Positions 41,189 through 50,610 of a stretch of 64,000 bases of DNA are shown here, in pieces; the stretch's first letter is position 1, and every line of letters begins with the position of its first letter. The translations under genes were made by a program, and so were the position numbers. The notes beneath the pieces were generated by a model, which saw nothing but the letters and a program-made list of their open reading frames with translations, ran no database searches and was not told the DNA's origin. Origin of the DNA: Patescibacteria group bacterium (GTDB taxonomy: Bacteria; Patescibacteriota; Minisyncoccia; Minisyncoccales; Staskawiczbacteraceae). The DNA lies in the NCBI GenBank assembly GCA_018829965.1, contig JAHJTG010000016.1, positions 29,537 to 93,536 of the forward strand, read 5' to 3'.

Positions 41189-41274
41189 ATTTATGAGCGA
41201 GGAAAGAATAAAAATTAATTTTTATTCTGACCGAGCGATTAAATATATAGGCGATTTATCGCCTCTATAATTTT
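41189..41274 (-). repeat. F2 leader element, copy d
   Basis: Gene-sense: TTATAGAG-[GGCGATAAATCGCC]-TATATATTTAATCGCTCGGTCAGAATAAAAATTAATTTTTATTCTTTCCTCGCTCATAAAT-ATG(rpmG). Confidence 0.85.
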
Positions 41275-41288
41275 AAATAATTTTAATC

Positions 41289-41547
<259 letters not shown>

Positions 41548-41557
<10 letters not shown>

Positions 41558-42138
41558 AATAAATTAACTAATATATTTCTTAATTTTGTATTAGCGTAGT
41601 AAACCGTTAAAACGCCGTACTTACTTTTATTCCTATAATTTCCTAATTTCCCTGTAATAGTTATTGTCGGCTTATAAAATTGTTCTTTTTTTATTTTTAA
41701 TTCTCTCGTCCAATAATTATACGCCTCATTTAAGTTAATATCTGAAAATGTGTGTAAGTGAAACTTTAAATCTTTTTTATCTATATTGAAGAATATAACG
41801 AGAAATTTAATAAATTTTCTCAATAAAGATGCGTCGGAATTTCCTAACTTAACTGTGTTTTTATTTGCCTTATTACCTTCGCCCCAATACAATCCGATCC
41901 CCAATCCGAATAATTTAGCCTCTTCCATATTTTTTGGCGGAATAAACTTAAAAGGATCTCCTTTGGGATGATTTTTTACGTAGATAGCCTCACTTATCGT
42001 CCTTTTAGAAATACAATATTTTTTAAGCCAATAATTTATTCCTCGCTCAGAACATTTGAATATTTCTGCAATTTCTGCTGTAGATTTTTTATTCTTTATA
42101 TATAATTCTTTAAGTTTTCCTTGCGTTAAATTTTTCAT
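41548..42138 (-). CDS. LAGLIDADG-family homing endonuclease (single motif) with N-terminal HTH
   Basis: HTH STAEIAEIFKCSERGINYWLKKY, LAGLIDADG motif LFGLGIGLYWGEGNK. Stop codon (CCG ATG TAG) lies inside the first 10 nt of tRNA-Thr. Confidence 0.8.
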
Positions 42139-42227
42139 AATAACAATATATATTTATTATAAACTATTGTTATTATATGTTCAATCTATTCCTCACCAAA
42201 TATATAGTCTACCATGAAGTTGAATTG

Positions 42228-42310
42228 TGGGCGCGGCAGGACTTGCACCTGCGAAGGTCAGGGACCGTCAGATTTACAGTCTGATGCCTTTGCTGCTCAG
42301 CCACACGCCC
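42228..42310 (-). tRNA. tRNA-Tyr (anticodon GUA), long variable arm
   Basis: GGGCGTG ... CAGACTGTAAATCTG ... variable arm ACGGTCCCTGACCTTC ... GCAGG TGCAAGT CCTGC CGCGCCC A. Confidence 0.9.
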
Positions 42311-42341
42311 GTAATTTCTTTTGTATTCTAACACAGAATAC

Positions 42342-43043
42342 TTAATTTTCAATGATTTTTCTGTTCTTCTCTCTCCACTCTTTAATTTTTTTATGATCTC
42401 CGGAAGTTAACACTTCAGGAACCCGCCATTTTTTAAAAACTTCCGGCCTAGTATATTGAGCGTATTCTATAAATCCCCCACTCTTTGTAATCCGTTCTTT
42501 TAATAATTTTTTCTTGCCAATAACTTTTGGGACTAACCTTGATATAGTTTCGACAACAATCATTGCCGGCAACTCTCCGCCCATTAAATCGTAATCCCCT
42601 ATTGATAATTCTAAATCTGCGATATTTTTAGCTACTCTTTCATCAACTCCTTCGTATCTTCCGCAAATCATAATTATTCTTTTTGATTTTGAAAGTTGAT
42701 GCGCTATCTTTTGATTAAACTTTTGTCCCCTTGGAGTAAATAATATCACCTTCGTTTTTGAATTTTTGGCTTTGAATTTTGGGCTTGTTTGGGATTTGGG
42801 ATTTGGGATTTGGGATTTCTTTAAATCTGCCACAGCTTTAAATATTGGCTCTACTTTCATTACCATGCCTAACCCACCTCCAAAAGGCTTATCGTCAACT
42901 GTTTTATGCTTACCATCTGCCCAATCTCTTAAATTGTGGATATTAACAGAAATCAGCTTATTTTTTATAGCTTTCCCGATAAGGGATTCTTTAAAATAGC
43001 TTTTGAAGATATCCGGAAAAATAGTGATGATATCGAATTTCAT
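42342..43043 (-). CDS. trmD: tRNA (guanine37-N1)-methyltransferase TrmD with heptamer-repeat insertion
   Basis: MKFDIITIFPDIF, DDKPFGGGLGMVMK, ICGRYEGVDERV, SIGDYDLMGGELPAM. About 23 extra residues (KKSQIPNPKSQTSPKFKAKNSKT) lie at 42753-42821. Confidence 0.92.
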   Translation of the reverse strand: MKFDIITIFPDIFKSYFKESLIGKAIKNKLISVNIHNLRDWADGKHKTVDDKPFGGGLGMVMKVEPIFKAVADLKKSQIPNPKSQTSPKFKAKNSKTKVILFTPRGQKFNQKIAHQLSKSKRIIMICGRYEGVDERVAKNIADLELSIGDYDLMGGELPAMIVVETISRLVPKVIGKKKLLKERITKSGGFIEYAQYTRPEVFKKWRVPEVLTSGDHKKIKEWREKNRKIIEN

Positions 43044-43180
43044 ATTTGCTTCGCAAATCGCTGATTAATGCGGATTTTAACTGATTTATACTGATAACAT
43101 ATCCGTATAAATCCGCGGTTTATAAAAACGAAAACGGCACCACCTTAATGATAGCACCGTTCCCGAAAATCTGTAAATTA

Positions 43181-43498
43181 TTACAGAGAAAGATTATCTA
43201 TTTCTTCTGAAGGTTTCTTTTCTTCAGTTGCTCTTGGAGCGCGACCACCTTCTGGCTCTTCAATCTTTAGATTGACACGAGCGTGGTTCTTTAGACCAAC
43301 TATTCTAACCAAGTTTCTAATTGCCTTGGCAGTTGCTCCTTCGCGACCAATAATTTGACCCATATCCTCTGGGTTTACTTTTAAAGAAAGCAGAACTCCC
43401 ATTTCATCAACTTTTCTATCAACCTCTACGTCTTTTGGATTGTCAACTAATGCTTTTATTAAAAATTCAAGAAATTCTTTATCAAGTTCTTTTGCCAT
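43181..43498 (-). CDS. KH-domain RNA-binding protein (YlqC/UPF0109)
   Basis: LSLKVNPEDMGQIIGREGATAKAIRNLV. Lies between rpsP and trmD as in many bacteria. Confidence 0.85.
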   Translation of the reverse strand: MAKELDKEFLEFLIKALVDNPKDVEVDRKVDEMGVLLSLKVNPEDMGQIIGREGATAKAIRNLVRIVGLKNHARVNLKIEEPEGGRAPRATEEKKPSEEIDNLSL

Positions 43499-43677
43499 AT
43501 TTTATCAATAAGTGAATAATACTAATAATTATCTTACAGTAGCCCTCGTTTTTTGGACGAGGTTCACCTTTTAGGGCGCGACCTTTGCTGAGATTCTCCA
43601 TTACTAACAAACAAGAGAATCAGAATTCTTTATAGCTACTGTTTTATATTTTACTCTTTTTTAAAAGGATGTCAAAT

Positions 43678-44223
43678 TTATTGTGGAACACCCGGTGTTC
43701 CGTCAACACTTGTTCCACCAACACCGGGTGTTGATTTTGCCTCTTCTTTTGCCTTTACTTCTTCCTTCTTAGATTCCTCTTTCTTCTCTACTACAACCTC
43801 TGGCTTTGCTTCTTCTTTCTTTTCTTCTTTCTTTGGTTCTTCCTTTGGTGTTTCTACGGCTGGAGTTACCGGTGCTATTGGTGTTATAGTCGCTTCTACA
43901 ACTGGTGCTATTGGGGCTGGTGCTGTCGGGGCTGCCGCCACTCCTTCTTTCTTCTTGCTTTTAACGTGAGTTGCTATTTTTTTACCTTCTATTACTTTTT
44001 CTCTTATTAAAAGGTTATGGATACTGACTGATGGCTGCGCGCCTTTTGAAATCCAATATTTTATTCGAGCGTTTTTTAAAGTCTTCTTTTTAGTAAAAGG
44101 ATTATATGTACCTAAAATCTCAACGCAGTCCCCAGCGCAAGAAGATTTTCTTTTATCAACAACTACAATCCTATAAGACGGCTGATTCTTTTTTCCTATT
44201 CTTGTGAATCTTATAACTAGCAT
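43678..44223 (-). CDS. rpsP: 30S ribosomal protein S16 with approx. 95-aa low-complexity C-terminal extension
   Basis: MLVIRFTRIGKKNQPSYRIVVVDKR core, then an A/P/E/K-rich tail. The last approx. 18 codons are encoded by GC palindromes at 43685-43733. Confidence 0.92.
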   Translation of the reverse strand: MLVIRFTRIGKKNQPSYRIVVVDKRKSSCAGDCVEILGTYNPFTKKKTLKNARIKYWISKGAQPSVSIHNLLIREKVIEGKKIATHVKSKKKEGVAAAPTAPAPIAPVVEATITPIAPVTPAVETPKEEPKKEEKKEEAKPEVVVEKKEESKKEEVKAKEEAKSTPGVGGTSVDGTPGVPQ

Positions 44224-44287
44224 AATATATTAATTTTAAATTTTAAATTTTAAATTTTTAAATAATTTCTTAATGATTCAACTCCTA

Positions 44288-44425
44288 AACTGTCTAACGA
44301 GGCAATAATGTATGCGGGTGCACTTCGGAGGTCGCCTAAGGCGACCGAGAAATAGGCGCGGCGGAGAAATAAATTTGTTTTTACTTAAGCCGACGCCGTG
44401 CTCCCGCATATATTATTGCCGAGCA
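44288..44425 (-). repeat. F1 long-hairpin element, copy e
   Basis: aactgtctaacgagg-[ggcaataatgtatgcggg ... cccgcatatattattgcc]-gagca. Ends 2 nt before the rnc stop. Confidence 0.88.
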
Positions 44426-44427
44426 AA

Positions 44428-45117
44428 TCACCAGGATTTTTTAACTAAAGCGTTTTTTGCCGCTGATTCTTCTGCCTCTTGTTTTGAAGAACCTTCGCCC
44501 TCTGCAATTGGTTCATCTTTTAAAAATACTCCGACCACGAAGCTTTTTGAATGGTCTGGCCCCCACTCTTTAGCTACCCTATAAACAGGGGTAATGCCAG
44601 CTCTTTCTTGGGCTTCTTCCTGAAAACGGGATTTTGAATCTTTAAAAAGGTTGTTTTCTATAATATTGGGCAATTTTACAATTAAATGTTTTTTTAAAAA
44701 CTTATCACAAACCTCATAACCGGAATCAAGATACATAGCGCCCATTAAGGATTCAAAAGTGTTTGCCAAAATATATTGTTTTGCTTTTCCGTCCTCTTTT
44801 GCCTCTCCTTTGGATAATAATAAAAATTCTCCTAAATCTAATTCTTGGGCTGTTTGAGCCAACATTTTGGCATTTACCAATGATGCCCTCCAATTAGTTA
44901 AATCCCCTTCTGGTTTTGAGGGATATTCATGATATAGATACTGGCTAATAACAAGCTCTATTACCGCATCGCCTAAAAACTCTAACCTTTCATTGTGGCT
45001 TAAATTAAAATCAGGATTTTCGTTTAAATAAGACCTATGAACAAAGGCCTGCGTTAAAAGGTCTTTATTTTTAAATTTTATATTTAATTTCTTTTCAAAA
45101 TCAGAAAATTCTTTCAT
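44428..45117 (-). CDS. rnc: ribonuclease III
   Basis: NERLEFLGDAV signature and a C-terminal dsRBD (GPDHSKSFVVGV...GSSKQEAEESAAKNAL). Confidence 0.93.
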   Translation of the reverse strand: MKEFSDFEKKLNIKFKNKDLLTQAFVHRSYLNENPDFNLSHNERLEFLGDAVIELVISQYLYHEYPSKPEGDLTNWRASLVNAKMLAQTAQELDLGEFLLLSKGEAKEDGKAKQYILANTFESLMGAMYLDSGYEVCDKFLKKHLIVKLPNIIENNLFKDSKSRFQEEAQERAGITPVYRVAKEWGPDHSKSFVVGVFLKDEPIAEGEGSSKQEAEESAAKNALVKKSW

Positions 45118-45192
45118 TATCTTCTTACGAATTACGAATATTTTCGAATTACGAATTCGTAATTCGGTGACATTCGTAATTCGTAGGGTTAT
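45118..45192. repeat. F6 CGAATTACGAAT palindromic element, copy 1
   Basis: cttacgaattacgaatattttcgaattacgaattcgtaattcggtgacattcgtaattcgtagg. Abuts the rnc ATG. Confidence 0.85.
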
Positions 45193-45621
45193 TTATTCTT
45201 CTATTCCAATTTCTTTGTAAACCGTACCCAACACTCCATTGATAAATTTGCCGGAACTTTCTCCGCCAAATGTTTTTGCAAGTTCAATGGCTTCATTTAT
45301 AGCAACTTTCGGAGGAACTTCTTTTTTATCGCTGTAAATCAACTCATAAAGGCCTATTCTCAAAACATTTCTATCAATAAGAGATATCTGCAAAATTGGC
45401 CACTCTGGAGCTGCTTTTTCAATAATATTATCCAGTTTCTTTAAATGCTTTGTCGCGCCTTCTATTAAGTCCCAAACAAATTTAGTATCTTCAAGGCCCG
45501 GTCCAAAATTTTGAATATTTCTTTCCACGATTTTATCCAAAGTGTTTTTCTTTTGGCCATAAAAATCCCATTCATATAAGCTCTGCATTGCGATTGAACG
45601 TGATAAATGTCTACTAGCCAT
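45193..45621 (-). CDS. nusB: transcription antitermination factor NusB
   Basis: 142 aa. [14 protein letters not shown]..., [31 protein letters not shown]. Confidence 0.9.
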   Translation of the reverse strand: MASRHLSRSIAMQSLYEWDFYGQKKNTLDKIVERNIQNFGPGLEDTKFVWDLIEGATKHLKKLDNIIEKAAPEWPILQISLIDRNVLRIGLYELIYSDKKEVPPKVAINEAIELAKTFGGESSGKFINGVLGTVYKEIGIEE

Positions 45622-45692
45622 TTTTCTTACGAATTACATATTAAACCGAATTACGAATTCGTAATTCGAAAGTATTCGTAATTCGTAGGATA
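45622..45692. repeat. F6 CGAATTACGAAT palindromic element, copy 2
   Basis: cttacgaattacatattaaaccgaattacgaattcgtaattcgaaagtattcgtaattcgtagg. Abuts the nusB ATG. Confidence 0.85.
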
Positions 45693-45977
45693 TTATTTCT
45701 TTGATAGTCCTTCCATGGTCATTGGCTTGTCTTTCCCTCCCTCTTTCTCTTTGGTTTTCATTTCCTTTTCCCTCTGTTTTCTTTCTTTTTTAGTCAGTTT
45801 CCCTAAAATATCAACCACTTCTTTATTGTTATAAAATCCGCAATACTTGCAAACTATATGCGGTTTAAGCGGTTTTTTACATTTCGAACACAACATTAAA
45901 ATAGGCGCCTTTAAAAAAAGGTGCATTCTCCTTTGATCCCGTCTTGAGCTTGTTTTTCGTCTTTTTGGTACGGCCAT
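45693..45977 (-). CDS. rpmF: 50S ribosomal protein L32 with K/E-rich C-terminal extension
   Basis: MAVPKRRKTSSRRDQRR...CSKCKKPLKPHIVCKYCGFY, then approx. 35 extra charged residues. Confidence 0.9.
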   Translation of the reverse strand: MAVPKRRKTSSRRDQRRMHLFLKAPILMLCSKCKKPLKPHIVCKYCGFYNNKEVVDILGKLTKKERKQREKEMKTKEKEGGKDKPMTMEGLSKK

Positions 45978-46082
45978 TCTTTTTAGATTTTAGGATTTAG
46001 GATTTAGGGTTTAGTAAGTTGACTAAACGCTGAACGCTAAACGCTAATTTTTAGTTTACCAAATAATTTAATTCTTAGCAAG

Positions 46083-46186
46083 CTCCGTTAGAAGTTTGCG
46101 ATTGTATAAATTAATGGCAAAATTCCAACTGGAATTTTGCCATTAATTTTTTATAATTATTTTTGCAGTGGCAAACTTCTAACGGG
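46083..46186. mobile_element. F3 MITE copy b
   Basis: TIR ctccgttagaagtttgc / gcaaacttctaacgggg (15 bp perfect core). Flanks gcaag / gtaag (4 of 5). The interior is itself a hairpin (aattaatggcaaaattcca...tggaattttgccattaatt). Confidence 0.8.
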
Positions 46187-46251
46187 GTAAGTTTTATAGC
46201 CCAAATAATATGATATAATAAGAAAATATTATTTTCTAAAAAGATAATACG

Positions 46252-48693
46252 ATGTTCAAGATTTCTAGCGTCATTAAAAAAAATTTAGCAAAATACGGCA
46301 TTTGGATAATTTTTTCGATTTTTATCTTAACAACTTTTAGTTTCTTTTGCGATAAAACATTTGATAATCAAGAAATAGATTATTTAAGGATTTCTCAGAG
46401 GAGTGTTGAAAAGATTATCTTTGATAATTATGGAGATCAAATGCCTTTTTGGTTTTTATTGGTAAAATTTTATACTGGGGTATTCGGTAAATCTGAAATT
46501 TCTCTTAAGATATTATCAATCAGCATATTTCTTTTGTCGGCTTTTGTTTTATATAAAATCTGCGAAATTTACGGTTTAAATAAACATTTAACTACCAGCT
46601 TGTTTTTATTCAATCCTTTGTTATTAAGGGAAATCGCTTTCACCTTCAAGCACTGGTCATTTCTAGTTTTAACGGCTCTCTCGGCTCTTTATTTTTTTGA
46701 AAAATTTAAGAGCACTAAAAGTAAAAAATATCTTTTTCTTTTATTCTCAATAATTATTGCAGGAATTTATTCAAATCTTATTTTTTTAATTTTTCTCTGT
46801 GCTTTTACAATTTACATATTAGCGAACTTAATATCAAAACAGATTTCTTTTAAGATTTTCGCACTTTTTCTAATTATATGCGCATTTTCTACCTTACCGT
46901 TTCTTTATTATTACGAAAAAGCCGCACACCAATTAATTGATGTGCAGGGAAACCACATGGATTGGGGCACATCAACAAGGGGTCTTGATTTTATAAAAGA
47001 ATCTTTAGGCGCTATTGCTGGCGTTAAGTACTTGGATAAACATAATTTGCTTTATAATGGATTTATTTGGCTGATTTTATTACTTATTATTATTCAAATA
47101 ATTCCTTTCAAAAAAATCCGAGAAAATATTAAGCTATCTTATGCAAAACTTTGGTTAGCTTCAACTATTTTTTTTATTTTGATATTTCTAATGTTTTGGA
47201 CATCACGCACGCCAGTAGAATCCAGATATTTCGCCGTAACTGTCCCATTTTTTTGTCTGGCGATTTTCCCGAAATCAAAAAGGCTTTATGCTTTAATAAC
47301 CGTTATTTTACTTTTTTCATTAACTATTTTTTCTTCATGGCAAATGGCTAAAGGTTATCATTTTGATAATTGGAAGGGTGTAACTTCTTTTTTACAACCC
47401 AAAATCAAAGAAAATACCCAAATTTTAATACTCTATAAGTTTAACGTAGGAGATTTACTAATGGAATATTATCTAAAAAAACCTGTAACGCGGCTGTATA
47501 GCTTAGAAAGTGCTTCAATTTTATATTCTGACGATATTTGGGTAGTCAGGCGACACGGTAAATATGACGCAATCTATAAGATAGCCGATGAATATAATAT
47601 AGAAGAATATAAAGAATTTGAACCGATAATACTTTTTCACTTAACGAAAAAATCACCGGAAAAAAACAAAAGTTTAATTTTTAATAACCCTTTGATAGAA
47701 ATAGAAAAAGGTAGAAAAACTCAAAAACTCGAGTTTTTAAACGGCGCAATCAGCGCCTGGAACTGTAAAAAGGATTGGCAGAGAATCCGAATAGATAAAA
47801 TAACTTCTGGTAATAAAGAAAAAGTGTGTCTTTTTACCCACCCGAGAAACAATACGAAAATTAATCTTATTTACAAAGACATTAAACTTAGCAAAAGCAT
47901 TAAATTCTCCTCTGGAATCTCCGATTCTATGGTAATTGGAGATAAAAGCCCGGTTTATATGGATGTCTACATTGATAATGTTTTTATAAAAAGAATTATC
48001 AATCCTGACACAAAAGGATGGCTAACCACAAAAATTGACACTAACCAATACGAAAACAAATCAGCAGATTTAAAACTTGTTGTTTACACCGACTATGACG
48101 AAAAAAGACACTTCTGCTTTGACGCCGAAGTCGTTGACGAAAATGCGCCAAATGATTATTTTTACAACAATATCAAAAAAGCAATAGCCAAAGTAGAAGA
48201 CCAACCCTATAGCATCTATCAAACCGCTTCAATTTGGCCACACAATGAAACTAAACCTCCTTTTTTAGACTCTAAAATTTTTGAACGCTGGGATTGCGAA
48301 GAAAATTTAATAACAAAAAGTAAAATCTGGAACACAATAGGAAAATCTTTTGCTATTTCTGGAAATGAATTTAAAGAAGCTATCTGGTTCCATCCAATAG
48401 CCAATAAGATGAAATCCTTGGAATACAATAATATCAACTTATATGTCGATAAAATTATCGGCTATTACGGAATAAATGATTATGCTCTGCCAAAAACATT
48501 GAATCCGATCCTAACATTTACAATCACGGCTAACGGAGAAAAAATATATGAAGAGAAGTTTAAACCGACGGCTGGCTGGAAAGATTTCGATGTACCGTTT
48601 AATAAAGTTTTAAATAGCATAGTCTTCAGTATCACGACAACAAATGACAGATGGAATCATTTTTTCTTCAATGCCTTTTTGGAAAATAAATAA
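46252..48693 (+). CDS. large polytopic membrane protein, GT-C (ArnT/PMT-like) fold candidate, with approx. 400-aa C-terminal extracytoplasmic domain
   Basis: 813 aa. More than 10 N-terminal TM helices laid out like lipid-carrier-dependent glycosyltransferases, followed by a soluble domain. First gene of the plus-strand glycosylation block. Confidence 0.5.
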   Translation: MFKISSVIKKNLAKYGIWIIFSIFILTTFSFFCDKTFDNQEIDYLRISQRSVEKIIFDNYGDQMPFWFLLVKFYTGVFGKSEISLKILSISIFLLSAFVLYKICEIYGLNKHLTTSLFLFNPLLLREIAFTFKHWSFLVLTALSALYFFEKFKSTKSKKYLFLLFSIIIAGIYSNLIFLIFLCAFTIYILANLISKQISFKIFALFLIICAFSTLPFLYYYEKAAHQLIDVQGNHMDWGTSTRGLDFIKESLGAIAGVKYLDKHNLLYNGFIWLILLLIIIQIIPFKKIRENIKLSYAKLWLASTIFFILIFLMFWTSRTPVESRYFAVTVPFFCLAIFPKSKRLYALITVILLFSLTIFSSWQMAKGYHFDNWKGVTSFLQPKIKENTQILILYKFNVGDLLMEYYLKKPVTRLYSLESASILYSDDIWVVRRHGKYDAIYKIADEYNIEEYKEFEPIILFHLTKKSPEKNKSLIFNNPLIEIEKGRKTQKLEFLNGAISAWNCKKDWQRIRIDKITSGNKEKVCLFTHPRNNTKINLIYKDIKLSKSIKFSSGISDSMVIGDKSPVYMDVYIDNVFIKRIINPDTKGWLTTKIDTNQYENKSADLKLVVYTDYDEKRHFCFDAEVVDENAPNDYFYNNIKKAIAKVEDQPYSIYQTASIWPHNETKPPFLDSKIFERWDCEENLITKSKIWNTIGKSFAISGNEFKEAIWFHPIANKMKSLEYNNINLYVDKIIGYYGINDYALPKTLNPILTFTITANGEKIYEEKFKPTAGWKDFDVPFNKVLNSIVFSITTTNDRWNHFFFNAFLENK

Positions 48694-48779
48694 TCTTATA
48701 GAAATAACTTCGTTATTTATATAATTATTGCATTCGGTCGAAATGAAAATTAATTTTCATTTCTTCCTCATTTATAATT
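48694..48779 (+). repeat. F2 leader element, copy e (only plus-strand copy; same orientation relative to its gene)
   Basis: TTATAGAAATAACTTCGTTATTTATATAATTATTGCATTCGGTCGAAATGAAAATTAATTTTCATTTCTTCCTCATTTATAATT-ATG. Confidence 0.8.
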
Positions 48780-49484
48780 ATGAGCATTTCAATTATTATC
48801 CCTTTTTATAATGAAGAGGATTGCATAGAAGATTGTATTTTACAGACAAAAAAAGTTTTTAAAAAAACTGACTATGAGATAATAGCCGTCAACGACGGCA
48901 GTAAAGATAATTCTCATAATATAGTTTCAAAAATTACCGAAACCAACCCAAAAATAAAATGCATATCTTGCTCACAAAATAAAGGTTATTCTAATGCTAT
49001 TCAAGAAGGTATAAAAAACTCTATTAAAGATTACGTTTCTTTTATTGACGCTGACCTTCAATATCCGCCAGAAGAATTAATGAAAATGTATGATTTTGCC
49101 CTAAAAAACGATTTGAAATTCGTTATAGGCGCTCCTCAAAAAAAATATCAAAAACCTATTAGGATGCTGCTTTCTTCCGCCTATAACTCTTATATTGCCC
49201 TACTTTTCGGATTAAAATTGAAAGATGCTAATTCTTTGAAACTGATGAAAAGAGAAAATCTTGAAAAAATAAATTTTAGATACGGATATGGAATGATTGA
49301 AATTGAGGTATTGCTCGGTTTTAAAATGCAAGGAATACCCATAAACACTTATCCAATAAATGTCCGAGAAAGAATCGCAGGCAAATCAAAGTGTAGTTTT
49401 AAAATAATTTATCGTACCCTTATAGATTGCGCAAAGCTTAGATTCTTAAAAAATAAACTATTGAAAAATGTTCAACCAAATTAA
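48780..49484 (+). CDS. GT2-family glycosyltransferase (polyprenyl-phosphate sugar synthase-like)
   Basis: ISIIIPFYNEE, VNDGSKD, DADLQYPP (DxD). Confidence 0.85.
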   Translation: MSISIIIPFYNEEDCIEDCILQTKKVFKKTDYEIIAVNDGSKDNSHNIVSKITETNPKIKCISCSQNKGYSNAIQEGIKNSIKDYVSFIDADLQYPPEELMKMYDFALKNDLKFVIGAPQKKYQKPIRMLLSSAYNSYIALLFGLKLKDANSLKLMKRENLEKINFRYGYGMIEIEVLLGFKMQGIPINTYPINVRERIAGKSKCSFKIIYRTLIDCAKLRFLKNKLLKNVQPN

Positions 49485-50610
49485 AAAAAGCGATATTCTC
49501 AAAATCTCTTTAATTCTATTAGTTTTAATCTCTTCGGTTCTTTTTCTATACCGCCCTCATTTTAAAATAAATTTTGGCGGTGGAGATAATTTAGAATGGT
49601 ATGAAGAGGCCAAAGAAAGAGACACTTTGACAAAAATTTTCGATTTTCAATACTATTCTGGGAGATATGGTCCCAGCTCTTATTTTAACCCAGTCCAGTT
49701 GGTCATTTGGCGATACATGACAACTAATTATGGACAGCGGTCATATCCCTACCATTTTCTCTGTATTTTAATTCATTTAATTAATGTCGTTCTCGTCTTT
49801 TTTATTCTTAATAATTTTATTAAAAATAAATTCTTTTCTTTTTCAGCGACTTTAAGTTTTGCAATTTACTATCTAAATTTTAAAACGATCGGCTGGATTG
49901 CGGCGACAATTACTACAGGTTTAACCGCTTTTTTCTTGCTTTCCACTTTCTTATTATTTTTGAAATATTTTCAAACAAAAAATAGATTATTGTATTTTTT
50001 ATCGTTATTAACTTTCCTTATAGGAACTTTTGCAAAAGAAACCGTTGTATTTGTGGCTCCTATATTATTGACTTATTATCTTACGACTCAGAGAAAAAAG
50101 ATTTTCAAATTTATAAAAACTGATTTGATTTTCTTACCTTATTTAGTGTTATCACTGCCTATAATCTTAATTACCTCTACGAGACTAAGTAGTTCTGCGC
50201 TAATTAATAATTGGGGCGGATTTAATTTTGGAATACATATGTTTTATAGGTTTATTGATTTTCTTATTTATCTAATTACTGTAATCCCCGTATCTTTTAA
50301 TATTCAAATAACTATTACGATGTTTATTTTAATTTCTTTCCCCATTTTAATTTATTATGGAATAAAAGATAAAAATTTATTATTTCTCGCTATCTGTTTA
50401 TTCTTATTAATTTTAATTTATATTTACTCTAATTTCCGCGATATTTATAATTTAGGTAGATATTTATATCTGCCTTCAGTCGCCTGGTTTGGTCTGCTGT
50501 ATTACATAGTTTCAAATATAAAAAACCTAAAAATAAAAATACTAAGCTCTTTCTGTTTAATCAACTACACAATAATCTTGAATCTATTTTTAATATTAAC
50601 AAAAGGATGA
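49468..50610 (+). CDS. polytopic membrane protein (GT-C-like / glycan polymerase-like)
   Basis: 380 aa, about 10 TM helices. Overlaps the upstream GT2 stop by 17 nt. Confidence 0.45.
   Translation: MFNQIKKSDILKISLILLVLISSVLFLYRPHFKINFGGGDNLEWYEEAKERDTLTKIFDFQYYSGRYGPSSYFNPVQLVIWRYMTTNYGQRSYPYHFLCILIHLINVVLVFFILNNFIKNKFFSFSATLSFAIYYLNFKTIGWIAATITTGLTAFFLLSTFLLFLKYFQTKNRLLYFLSLLTFLIGTFAKETVVFVAPILLTYYLTTQRKKIFKFIKTDLIFLPYLVLSLPIILITSTRLSSSALINNWGGFNFGIHMFYRFIDFLIYLITVIPVSFNIQITITMFILISFPILIYYGIKDKNLLFLAICLFLLILIYIYSNFRDIYNLGRYLYLPSVAWFGLLYYIVSNIKNLKIKILSSFCLINYTIILNLFLILTKG

Noticed and set aside
45978-46060. Telomere-like TTTAGGG/TTAGGAT repeats followed by TAAACGC heptamers
   Set aside because: There are only 3-4 units, embedded in the F4 heptamer family upstream of rpmF. 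Nothing else suggests a linear replicon end.
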